DNA of 64,000 nucleotides from Eledone cirrhosa (taxonomy: Eukaryota). The translations under genes were made by a program, and so were the position numbers. The stretch covers positions 70,928,001-70,992,000 of the forward strand of contig OZ024745.1 of NCBI GenBank assembly GCA_964016885.1, in the 5' to 3' direction. The notes beneath the pieces were generated by a model. That model was not told the origin of the DNA. It saw only the letters and a list, made by a program, of their open reading frames with translations, and ran no database searches. This document shows, in pieces, positions 47,124 through 59,905 of this stretch. Each line of letters starts with the position of its first letter. The first letter of the stretch is position 1.

Positions 47124-47638
47124 ACAGACGTATACATGTTCATATACATCTATAAAAATACATGCCCTTACGAAATTGCTATACAAGTGTATATATTGTT
47201 GCTTTCTTTATCCTTTAAAGAATGTTTACTTATGCTTCTGCTGATGTTTATATATATATATATATATATATACACTGTTATCTCATTTTATTAAGGTCGG
47301 AAGCCGTTTCCGACCTAGATTTTCTTCTTGTTTGCACGAGGACCGATACAAATACGTTCTTATACACATAAAATAAATATGGGTTGGAACCTGTAAAACC
47401 GGAAATACAGATTAATACCTGTGTAACATTGTGTCCTGGAAAAGTATGGGTCCACCCTTGTTTAAAATGCTCAAGACTCCGTGTATGTCATGACAGTATT
47501 CCTATGAGTGCATCGGGAGTTACGGGCCCTCTCATTATTTTTTAATATTATGTAAGTGTTTAATATCATGCAAGTGTTAAACGGGAGGAAGACGAAAATA
47601 GAAAGCGTGCACGCATTTTTGTGCATGTGTATATATGA

Positions 47639-47690
<52 letters not shown>

Positions 47691-48039
47691 GCGTGTGTGT
47701 GTGTGTGCGTGTGTGTGCGTGTGTGCGAGTGTGTGTTCTGGTGTGTGTGTGTGTGAGTGGTTGAATGTGTGTTTTGATGTGTTTGTGTGTGTTAGAAAAG
47801 TTAGTGTTGTGTGTGTGTTCATACATCATTCTTTTATTTATTTAATAGTTTCAGTCTGTAGGGTGCGGTCATGCTGGGGTGTCTAAAAGACGATCATGTC
47901 AACCACAGTAGCTATTTTATATCGATGTCACTGGGCCGAACTGCTAAGTGACGGGACATAAACAAATAATAAACGTAAACATGGCCATCAGTCAAGCATA
48001 CATTCATACAAACATATCCATACGCATTTATTCATATAT

Positions 48040-48117
<78 letters not shown>

Positions 48118-48401
48118 GTATACTTATATAAATACATAAGACGAGTTTCCACATAATTTCCGTATGACAAATTTTCCTCACAAGGCTTGTCCTCACTTAA
48201 GAAGGTTTCAAACACAAGCATTGCTAGATATGTGTCATTTTTTGCGATTCATGGTATTGCAGGACTAAAATACCCCGTCGGTGATGCTCATGCTTAATTG
48301 TGAAGCGGTCACTACCGGTCGTACCCTGAGCTGATAGATCGCGAAACGCGCGTCACATGTAAATAGATATGTTTATGTTATATTGATACTTCGTTCCTTC
48401 T

Positions 48402-48482
<81 letters not shown>

Positions 48483-48735
48483 TATACATATACACACACA
48501 CGTATATATACATATATATATATATATATATTGGTCTGTAGTGTGTTTTGGTTTTAAGTGTGTAATTCGTCGAAAGGCAAAATTTGTCTTAGGTTTCCCT
48601 GTTTTGTTCTGTTACCGCCCCATGTGGAATGGGATCTAGAATCCCAACTTTAATAAACCGAAACTTCTAAGAACCTCAAGAAATTGACTGACGTTGTTTT
48701 TCTGTTCTCTTCGATTTGTGCGCCCCATTTTTATT

Positions 48736-48876
<141 letters not shown>

Positions 48877-48950
48877 TTCTGTTAGAATCGTCTAACTTCG
48901 TGAAACCGTGGGTAATGGAATAATCATATTGTGTTGTTTATTATATAATT

Positions 48951-49038
<88 letters not shown>

Positions 49039-49434
49039 TTGTTAAATATGTGCTGCAGCTTTATAGGAATGTTCTACACATGCACACAGACACACACACA
49101 CACATACATACATACATACATACATACATACATACATACATACATACATACATACATACATACATACATACATACATACACATATTTATATATATATATA
49201 TATCATTCAACAGAAATCATATATATATATATGAATCCCGTGTTGAATCATGAGTAACAACAGTTAGTAAGGTACTCAATACGTTAGTAGAGTGTAAATA
49301 CCAGGTTTAATATAGAAATGGCTTCCTGTACTGTACAAAGGCAAGAGCTCAGTCATTGGGTCCCGATACCTTATAATGTACCCAAAATATCGATTACTCT
49401 GTTAATTAAAGGTCTAGTTTTAAACTGAATCTGT

Positions 49435-49486
<52 letters not shown>

Positions 49487-49610
49487 CTATCTATCTATCT
49501 ATCTAAGGCGGGTAAAATTCCCGAGATCCATGGACGAGTTCTCTCCAGCAGTCTCTGTCCCTCATTATCGCTGCCATATCCTGCATCTCCAATAGACCAG
49601 TGTCTGTCCT

Positions 49611-49688
<78 letters not shown>

Positions 49689-49696
49689 GACATATA

Positions 49697-49764
<68 letters not shown>

Positions 49765-49864
49765 GACAAAACTATCTATTCGTCAATTCAATACCAATTT
49801 ATATCACCAACATCATTGCTAAAGTTATAATTCTATAAGGGGTTTAAACATTCTATACTATAGC

Positions 49865-49937
<73 letters not shown>

Positions 49938-50003
49938 GCGATTGGACGACTATTTTTTTATATCAGAAATAGTGCTAAATATCTTCTATTTCTCACATAC
50001 CGA

Positions 50004-50290
50004 TGACGTAAATGGCTATTGTCGTCACGGAACAGCGTCATCATTGAATGTTGTGATATCATCATAGAATGGTGTTGTCACAAGCTGACGTCAATATTGT
50101 CTTATATGTCTGTCCTTACAGTCCATCGATTGTCGTCACTTGTATAGACCCCCCCCCCCTCTGTCTATCGTGTCGTCATTGATTTGTGCCATTATTAATG
50201 TGTGACGTCATGGTTTGATGTGGTCTCTGACAAAAATTTACAGTGGTCGCTGCAATTCCGAACTGCAATTACGCGTTGAGCAACGTCATT
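50004..50290. promoter_or_regulatory. Candidate CRE/ATF site cluster
   Basis: TGACGTCA at 50086 and 50203, TGACGTAA at 50004, CGTCA half sites at 50023, 50036, 50134, 50174, 50284; CCAAT near 50353. Confidence 0.3.
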
Positions 50291-51264
50291 AATAATTTGA
50301 TATTAAGATTGGTTATTGACCTATCATTTTTATATACTTCATATATGATTGACCAATAAAAAACTATATAGCTAATGGTCAAAGACAGTTTGCCAAATAG
50401 CTATACTTTTTTTCTCGTTTATTTATCAATGAATGGCAGCGCCCCTGGCCCTATTTAGAGAGCGACCAAGACACGTGGACGGTAGTGAAATGATACTTGT
50501 ATTGGGAGAAAGCGGAGTAAATAATCTGAAACCGGAGACCTGGTCGGTATGCTTGAAAAAGAGTGGACTCCACTAAAAAATACATGTGCTACTTTTAAAC
50601 TGAGCGATAGGTTAAGACTACTGCGCAATTAGGTCACTACCATAATATTTGATCTGAGAACGCATCCCAGCTAATGTCCTAATAAATCCGCCTAAGACTG
50701 CTACTTTATTTATTGATCTTGAGAGGATGAAAGACAAAGCTGACTTCACAAGAGACGAAATAAGTACCGCCAGTTATTTTGTCCGATACTCTAACTCTTC
50801 TATGAGTTTGCCATTGTGATCAGTGTGCAACAAATATGGTTACCAATGCTATATCACCAAACAATATCAGCAATTAACATCTTATTTTATCAACATTATC
50901 ACTTATTAAAGGTTTATGTCACCAACATTATCACTTATTAACGCCTTATATCACCAACATTTTGATTTACCAAGAATATCAGCAATTGATATTGTATTTG
51001 ACAAACATTATCACTGTTTAATGCCATAATCGATCTCCATTGCCACTAATTACTGTCATAACTGGACAACACCATCATTGATTGTTATCCTAATTAACAA
51101 ACACCTTCATTGATTACTTCGCTAATTAACACACATCATTACAAATTACTGGCACGATTGATCAACGATATAAACGATATCTCATTTGACCAAATTTAAA
51201 GCGATTAGACTCGTAACTGACCAACGAACGACATCATTGATTAATGACGTAATTGGCTGAGATT

Positions 51265-51480
51265 ATTGGTGGATTGGCAGTGTCGGTAGAGCGTCGGACA
51301 CCTTGCTTTGCAGAAGAGTGTTACGGTCCTTTACGCTCTGAGTTCAAATCCCGCCGAGGTTAGCGTTGCCTTTCATCATTACGGGGTCGAAAAAATAAAA
51401 TAACAGTAATACACTGGAGTCGATGTAATCGACTTTCCCCTCCCCAAAAATTGCTGGCCTTGTGCCTACAGTAGAAATCA
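51265..51480 (+). mobile_element. tRNA-derived SINE family B (core GACTTTGCCTTTCATCCTTnCGGGGTCGATAAAATAAAGTACCAGT)
   Basis: A box ttggcagtgtcggtagagcg, B box gagttcaaatccc, conserved core, 3' tgctggccttgtgcctacagtagaaa(TTA)n. Other copies at ~9230-9445+, 12300-12455+, 17620-17725-, 35615-35735+, 40325-40500-, 55370-55560-, 60040-60215-. Confidence 0.75.
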
Positions 51481-51504
51481 TTATTATTATTATTATTATT
51501 GTCG

Positions 51505-51535
<31 letters not shown>

Positions 51536-52285
51536 ATTTGTTCCGTTACTCGGCACTTTACCTGCCGAGGTTAATATAATAATGTTCCTGCCAGGTACTG
51601 GAGGTGATATAATCGATTACCTTATCGCCACAGAATTGCAGGTCTTGTCTCAAAATTAGAAGCTATTAATATTTCTTTGCATCAATGCTAATTTGTTTAA
51701 TGCTTCTCTGCTGTCATCACTAATCAAAGTCAGGTAAAGGAAGTGTATTAACTTCACATTAATCAATCTCATCAATGACAAATTACCTTCAATGTTCATT
51801 TTCATCATTGATTAATCGATATCAATATTGGTCATTATCGGAGTCACTACGTCAAATACTGATATTTCCTTTATAGATCACCTTCATTCTTTTGACAGTC
51901 TCGTCTTTGACCAATGCTACGTTAATGTTACCATTGGCCAGACTATTAAATGGCTAAATTCACTGTTTTTACTGTTGTTTAGCCTCAAGTTAACCCTGAC
52001 TGAACGTCCCAACAATTATCATCTTTTCTCAGTTTTTCATACATAGTATATCTGGAGTTATATTGTCCATTGCATCCTTCTATTTATAACACTGGGGACC
52101 AAAACACATTAGCGATTGGGTTAGACCAAAACTAATACTCGTTTCTTCAGTATAACAACGTTATGATATTTTGCGTAATAACCCGCTTTCAACGGATATT
52201 GGAAATGTCGTTCTACAGCTAGATTCATCGATTCACAATGAGTTACGTTAGCTTATAAGTAACAAAGGTCCTACTAGATTAACCC

Positions 52286-52421
<136 letters not shown>

Positions 52422-52467
52422 TCGATTAGTACTTGCTATATTGAAGCTACAACTTCGATTCATAACC

Positions 52468-52524
<57 letters not shown>

Positions 52525-52553
52525 GTGATTCAGTGATTTACTAATTGTGCGGG

Positions 52554-52611
<58 letters not shown>

Positions 52612-52613
<2 letters not shown>

Positions 52614-53035
52614 GCAAAAGTTCTATTTAAAATTGTTGGGATACAACAAGTAAATATTTTTATAACTGATATAAAGCACTCGACAAGTATTTGGAGTAGA
52701 TATACGATATTAATAAATGGAAACTATATTTATAAAACCATATTTATTTCATTATACATATTTCAGGGATACCAAATTAAATTATGGTATGCCTTCATCA
52801 GACAAAATACAATATATAACAGTTTTACAAATAAGCTTTGACGTACCCTATTAAAATGCAACCATTATTTTTGGAAGCCATCCGGATAGTCAGGCTACGT
52901 CAAAGCTTATTTGTAAAACTGTTATATATTGTATTTTATCTGATGAAGGCATACCATAATTTAATTTGGTATCCCTGAAATATGTATAATGAAATAAATA
53001 TGGTTTTATAAATATAGTTTCCATTTATTAATATC

Positions 53036-53040
<5 letters not shown>
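52612..53040. mobile_element. F3 PLE-like fragment with ~145-bp inverted repeat (52701-52845 / 52896-53040)
   Basis: Near-perfect IR, TA-flanked; tail 52612-52700 is the reverse complement of 7008-7090. Confidence 0.75.
52932..52996 (+). ncRNA. Type I hammerhead ribozyme motif (family F3); mirror copy on - strand at ~52745-52809
   Basis: TATTTTAT-CTGATGA-AGGCATACCA(loop)TGGTATCCCT-GAAA-TATGTA-TA|ATGAAATA. Confidence 0.75.
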
Positions 53041-53082
<42 letters not shown>

Positions 53083-53859
53083 GTGTGTACACGTATATTT
53101 GAAACAATAACTGTTAAATAAAACATTATTATTATTTTTCTATGTTTCTTGCGAAATATTGAATTATCATTAGTTTTTCTTTATTTTTCCATTATTCTCT
53201 TTTTTTTTCACTACTACAAATGCGGCAATCTGTCGTTTCAATCATTATTATCTTATCTTATATAATGCATGCTCGTCTTTCCTCCTCTAGGCTTAGATCG
53301 ATATTGTTAGCCACATAAGCCTCTTTAGTACTACCTCCCACCAGCATAACTCAACACAACACAACACAGAAACCATCACTTCTTCCGGTATGTTTCTGTT
53401 TTAAATTTCAAACCCATAACCATTAAGTATGATTCTGACAAACAGTCAGCAAGTGAAGACCATTATGTTGTGATCCTGAAAAGAGCGAAAATATAAAGTC
53501 GGAAAATGTAAAACGTATACCAGCAAAATGCAAAAAAAAAATAGCAAGGGGAGGTAAAAAGTATAGAAGAATGAGAGGCTGAAATATAAAGATGGATGCC
53601 GTAAGCCGATGAAGATAAAACTGCTTATTCGTTATTGGCAGTAGTGGGGAAGGTCGAATATATATAGAAGTAGTAGCTCTTAGTTTTCTCTGACACTCAT
53701 ATGAGGCTTTCTTCATCTAATCTCATAATTTGTCGGTTTACTATCAATCACAACCATGATTTTTGTTTTTGTTTTTGTTTTGTAATTTATTTTTCAACAT
53801 CTAGAAAATATATATTCCATAGATGGAATACTTATTATTATAATTTATTATTGTTGAAA

Positions 53860-53895
<36 letters not shown>

Positions 53896-53898
<3 letters not shown>

Positions 53899-54187
53899 CA
53901 GTGGTTGTAGGCGCTCTGGGAATGATACCTAAGGGGTCTAATGATTACTTATCGCAGATCCCAGGAAACCCGCGTATAGGAGAAATACAAAAGATAGTAC
54001 TAATGGGAACTGCCCATATACTAAGGAAGATTCTGTCAATATAAGTACATCACAAGTCTAAACACTAAAGATGCATGTGTGAATATGTATGTTATTTCTT
54101 GAACATGGCGGACCTTTTTGTCTCTTGAGGTCACTGGTTGTGACTTGGTGATAACTCGTATGAACATAAAGCAAGATAAATGCAACT

Positions 54188-54190
<3 letters not shown>
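53896..54190 (+). mobile_element. R4/Dong-type non-LTR retrotransposon 3' fragment (end of restriction-like endonuclease domain plus 3' UTR)
   Basis: Translates PVVVGALGMIPKGSNDYLSQIPGNPRIGEIQKIVLMGTAHILRKILSI* (stop 54042-54044), the typical R4/Dong C-terminus; flanked by (TAA)n. Confidence 0.8.
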
Positions 54191-54246
<56 letters not shown>

Positions 54247-54247
<1 letters not shown>

Positions 54248-54572
54248 TTTGACAAGAGAGTGCAAAAGAAGGAGAGGGAGAAAATTAACCGATACCAGGA
54301 CTTAAAGTGTGAGGTAAAAAGGATTTGGAACTGCCATGAAGTCAAAGTGGTCCCGATTGTCATAGGCGCACTAGGTACTATCTCAAAAAGTTTCCAGGGA
54401 TGGTTAAAGAAAATTGGCCCCTTCACGCTTTTTGGAACGTTTCAAAAGGCATGCTTCCTGGGAACAGCAAGAACCCTCTGATACGTCCTGAATATCTGAG
54501 GCTGTAGGTAGTGGCTTGATATTCATTTCAACAAACTTTCCAGTTAACTAACATCAATGACTGAGACTCAAA

Positions 54573-54573
<1 letters not shown>
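54247..54573 (+). mobile_element. R4/Dong-type 3' fragment, second subfamily
   Basis: KEREKINRYQDLKCEVKRIWNCHEVKVVPIVIGALGTISKS...QKACFLGTARTL, with a premature TGA where the 55.2 kb copy has CGA; flanked by (AAT)n. Confidence 0.85.
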
Positions 54574-54639
<66 letters not shown>

Positions 54640-54641
<2 letters not shown>

Positions 54642-55040
54642 TTTCATTTATTAGCCACAAGGGCCGACATGTAGGGGACAATACAAAGACAGGGACAGTG
54701 GGGGTTTACAATAAGGTCGAGTAAAAGTGCACAATGGCAAGACTAATTTAACAATGAAAATATAAAAATATAAAATAAACTATGCAAAATATAACAAAAT
54801 AAATTCCCCGATAGGGGGTGGACGACCCTGGGGTGATTCGGGTACCCCACCAATCCTGAACCACCCTGCGCTTCTAGGGCACCCAGGAGAGCACCCCTCT
54901 CCTCAAGTTAGCCAGCCTATAGGCGCATGGTCAGAGTAGGCCCATTCACACGAGCCATTCTCGCCACATTCACCCACCTTTTAGCAAATGTACTGGGGGG
55001 CAGCACTTTTCTCTCCACCCTCACCCTCCTTTCCAGGTGT
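54640..55040 (-). mobile_element. Tx1/L1-clade LINE 3' end fragment (related subfamily) in (AAT)n
   Basis: Minus-strand translation LERRVRVERKVLPPSTFAKRWVNVARMARVNGPTL matches RIRMEREVLHPSRFYERWVKVARMARVNGPSL of the 63 kb copy; same 3' terminus motif. Confidence 0.85.
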
Positions 55041-55050
55041 AATAATAATA

Positions 55051-55334
55051 ACGGATACCAGGACTTAAAGTGGGACGTAAAAAGGATTTGGAACTGCCGT
55101 GAAGTCAGAGTCGTCCCGATTGTCATAGGCGCACTAGGTACTATCTCAAAGAGTTTCCAAGGATGGTTAAAGAAAATTGGTCCCGCCCCGCTTTTTGGAA
55201 CACTTCTAAAGGCATGCTTGCTGGGAACAGCAAAAACCTCCGATACGTCCTGAATATCTGAGGCTGCAGGTAGCGGCTTGATATTCATTTCAACAAACTT
55301 TCCAGTTAAATAACATCAATGACTGAGATTCAAA
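55051..55334 (+). mobile_element. R4/Dong-type 3' fragment, near-identical to 54290-54573
   Basis: YQDLKWDVKRIWNCREVRVVPIVIGALGTISKSFQGWLKKIG...; same 3' UTR ending in TCAAAG(AAT)n. Confidence 0.85.
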
Positions 55335-57179
55335 GAATAAAAATAATAATAATAATGATGATCATTTATAGTATAGGCACAAGGCCAGCAATTTTGGGGG
55401 CGGGGAAAGTCGATTAAATCGATCGCAGTACGTGACTGGTACTTTATTTTATCGACCCCGTAAGGATGAAAGGCAAAGCTAACTCCGGCGGGATTTGAAC
55501 TCAGAATGTAAAAGGCCATAACTCTATGTTGCAAAGCATGGTGCCTGACGCTCTAACGATACTCCCCTTTCTGATTCAATAATAGAGTATCTAGAAAGGT
55601 ATTATCCAATGTACTCTTTTTTAAAAGAGCGGGTGATATCTTCCTAGTTTTCCTCTGTTGTTGTTTAGGCCTAGATAAGCCTTGAAAGAGCATATCTATA
55701 ATTAGAATTTCTCCAGTTATGACCACGTTATCATTTTATTTTTTCTCAACTGTAAAACAACATCCAGTCTTTTAAGAGACAGTATTGTCTAAAATGATGG
55801 AGATTTGGCTTCCATTACTAGTAACTCAAACAACAACACTGAGATTCTTTGGTTAGCTCCAATAAATTTAAGGTAATTGGCTAAGTAATTAAATTTTACG
55901 ATACAGTTTGTAATTTACTATTCAGTTACAGAGTGCTATTCTTCTCAAATTGCTAATTACTGTTTGTATTACAATACATCATACCTTCTCTCTGTCACTG
56001 ATTTTGGCAAAACAGCAGCACACGAGACTAAAGTACTTAGTTACGGCTCTATAAGTTCTGTGTTAAATCCGGTTGCATTCAGCTCATAGGACGTAAGTAT
56101 GGTTCAGTGTTTAAGAAATTTACTTTACAATCATAAAATCCCGGATTCGATTCTACTGTATGATATCTTGGTGAAATGTCTTTACCATGGCCTTGGATAA
56201 AGCCAAGTCTTGTGAGTGAAATTCAGGAGACGGAAGTTGTGTGGAAGCCCGTAGGGTGGATTGTAATTCAATGGTGCAGTCTTATTACAGAGTGTGAAGC
56301 TGATTTGGTTTGGGAAACCAGGTTAAAGATATTCTTCGTATCTGTTGAGTACTCAAGCACTTATATGTCAATTCACAAGGTTAACATTCAGTTGACTGAA
56401 CATCTGAATGTTCATCGTCAAAATCGACGGAAGATCCACCATTCTTTCATCCTGCCAAGGTCGATAACACATCAATCGGTAATATAGAAGAGTCAATTTA
56501 ATAGTTTATACCAGCCCGTCGTCTCGTCCAACAAAAGTTCACCTGGCACCAAGTCAAATCTGCTAATTAACTGTTATACTTTAATTCATTATAACTATTT
56601 TACGTGCAATTCTACAGATTATTGAACCGAAATATTTATCAATACTGATTATAACATTTGCCCAAAATTAGCCATTGATTTTTCTTTATTCTTTTTTTTT
56701 TTTAATTGAATTATCTTTTGAAAAGTATTCATTTCAGAACACCATGTGGTATTGGAAGGCACCTTGCCACAATTTTGACTTCTATTTTCATACGTAATCT
56801 TGAAACTCTTTATATGGAGATGTTTTCCACCAAATTGTACATAAGTAGCCAATTTTCTCAGCGGGTTAATATATTTTTTTCCTTTTTTGTTAACTTATCT
56901 TCAGTCTAAAAGCGGCTGGCATTTACAACAATCCTTATTCGTTCTACTCGGGATGGGATTTTACTGCGATCTGCTAGAGATATATCTAAATATAATAAAT
57001 TCCATCTCTTTACATTTAACAGCTTGCTTTTTTTTTTCATGTCAGTTTGGTCAAGAATCAGCACAATATTTGATATTTGAAATTGTGTGCAGAGTATTTC
57101 CAATAATTCTTAATAGATTAACATATTGGATCTCAGATATTTTTTTTATAAGAAAGGAATGGAATGGAACTCCTTTGAA

Positions 57180-57360
57180 TTCGACGATGTTTTCGAGTTG
57201 ATCGATCAATGGAACAGCCTAATCGTGAAATTCACATGCAAGAGGCTAAGCCTTTTATGGACATGCGTACTCGTACTCTTAATTTAATCATTCTCAGGGA
57301 GATTCACTGTTACACACTGTGTGGCAAGGCTGACCCTTTAAGTTACAGGCACGACCTCCT
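57180..57360 (-). mobile_element. SINE family A body (reverse)
   Basis: Reverse complement matches the 250-420 body. Confidence 0.55.
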
Positions 57361-59858
57361 CGAATCAATTTGGAATATGATAAGTGAAGAGAAACGTTAC
57401 AATTGTTTCTTCTTTTTTAATTACTATCACATTTGACAGTTTAAGTCGTCAATTTGTTAAGACTCAGTGACGTCAGTAGTCTATAAACAGTGACATCACC
57501 CGCGCATAAGATAAATTTCAACCTATTTGGACTGTGAATTTAGTATAACAAAATCGTTCCGTCCCAGAAACATTTGTGAACTTAATCAATATTCATTCGA
57601 GGACGAAAATCGATAAAACCAATTGTAAGATGTCTCGAGTGGCGACTTCCTATGAACTTCCCAAACACATCAATTCCAACCCAACGTACATATCAGTCAG
57701 CACTAACAATATAAATCTTTTTTTATTTTATTAACTTCAAAGAACAGAGGTTGTACTAAACTAAGCTCTCACATAAGTGTAATATATCAGCATACTTTAT
57801 CCTCAATCGCAGCTGGAAATATCGTTGATGTCAGATTGTGGAGCAAGGTTCCCACCCAAATTGCTTGATATCGACCCTCAGAGGACGAAGGAATTACCTA
57901 GGTGGTCAATTGAACTTTAGGGACAAAGCCTAACATTTTTATAAGAAATGAAAATACATAAAATAATACATATAATAAAGTACAATTTATTATTACATGC
58001 GTCTGATTTATATAATTAGACTTTGTTTCATCTATATATTTCATATTCCGTTTACTGATTCAGTTATTTAGATATTTATATTTATATTTATGGAGTCGAT
58101 TGGGGAGAAGGTTTCCATGCAAGGGTCGATGATTTAAAAGGTTTGGGGATCCCTATTATAGAATGTATGGATAGTGTTTGACGAATAGTTTGACAGAGTT
58201 AATCCGCAACTGTTGGTGGCGCTAGTCATTTCACCTTAGTAGCTTAGAGCAACGTGAAATGAAGTGTCTTGCTCAAACGGGCCACTTGATCCGGAAATTA
58301 AGTCCACAACTTCATGATCATTAGCAAAACATACCAACCAATAGGTTGCGTGCCTTCACTAATCAGAAAGAAACTCGAGAATTTAGGTGGATATTGCATG
58401 AATAAGCTTGGAAAATAGGTTGTCTAGGAGAGAAACATTATCAAGAAATAATGTTAAGTATCAATTACTAATGGAAATTATAATCTTTAAACTAATTTAC
58501 AGATGGAAAATTATTTAAATCTCTTTTAACATGCATAACATAATACGGTTAAGTTGCGTATTGTCAAATCTGATTAACAATTATCATTAAACTTTAGTCT
58601 TGCAAAGAATTCAGATTCAAAAAGATGCTTGTCTCGCTACGGTTCGTAACATTAGTTGCAGTAAACCAGTAAACACGTCTTTAATGCTTGAGAAGCTGTG
58701 AATATCTTCCCATAAAAATAACTAGTGCAAATATTAATTCTGCCTTCTAACTCTACAGAAATACATTCAATTTACTACTACCAATAACTGAACTCTTCAC
58801 TGAACGATTAGCAAAAATAATCTGAATTACTAGCACATTAATGCATCGTATAAATACACACTTAGGGATAAGCTTATTGTCATAAATAGCTATATAAACA
58901 TTCAGTTATATGCACATGCTTACACAGAGAAACACGTGCCAAACCGATTAGAGTAGTCGCTTCCGGTGTTTTTGTAGCCATTTGATTTCCCGATGTCTCT
59001 GACACTGGATATCGCTTGTTGGTGTCTCTGTAATGCATGTTTATTTTAGTGTGCCTACAAACAATAATTCCAATACTACAAAGAAGAAACGTAAGAAGAG
59101 TTGGCAATGGGAAAGTTTTACATCGAATAGTTTTGGTAATAATTTTGGGTGAGTGATATACTTGGTTCTTATGTATGTGTATATATTTTTTCTATAAGAC
59201 ATCAATTAGCACAATGTTATTAAGTAACATCAATCAAGCAGTGTATTTAGATGTGATTAGTTATTAGACTCCTCTATACAGCAACCATGCTTCGTAACAC
59301 GTGACAGCTGAACATTTTAACGTTCAGCTGTAAAACTTTCTATAATATATTTAATTTTAGAAATAATTATGTATAACATAGCGTATATTAAAAGATCTAA
59401 AATAAATTTAATGTAGCTATAACTACACTTTTTAAATTATCATTTTTGTTTATTTTTATATCACTTAAAACATACAATAACTATATAATTTTAAGTTTAA
59501 ATGTTTTACAATTACATTTTAAGTTTGTATTCTATTAAATGCTCTTGTTGGTGATGATAATGTTTTTAGCACAAGGTCAGTTTGTATTCCAATAAATGTT
59601 GATAACTAAATTGTAAAGAAAGAGTCAGATATATGAAAGCTATTCAAAATATAACCAACCCGTTATTTTATGTCTAGGACTCCATTTTTAAACGTCCTTC
59701 CTTCTTTTACAATATATGTTATTTCTACCATATCCTAGAGGTTCCCATATTAGGTCGAGGTAGACTAAATCCGTCGCCCGGTTTAACCCCACTGCCTGAC
59801 TTTTGAGTGCCTTGAATGACTTCAACGGACCCCACGCTGTTACACACATTCGGGGTGG

Positions 59859-59905
<47 letters not shown>

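Noticed and set aside
47320-47375. Possible third exon after acceptor-like ...TTGCACGAG
   Set aside because: Weak GAG acceptor and an in-frame stop within 10 codons; unsupported.
51265-51355. tRNA gene (A and B boxes)
   Set aside because: No cloverleaf; continues into the SINE core and tail, so it is a SINE head.
58100-58160. hAT-like terminal sequence (aaaaggtttggggatccct; similar at ~19730)
   Set aside because: No matching second TIR or 8-bp TSD could be identified.
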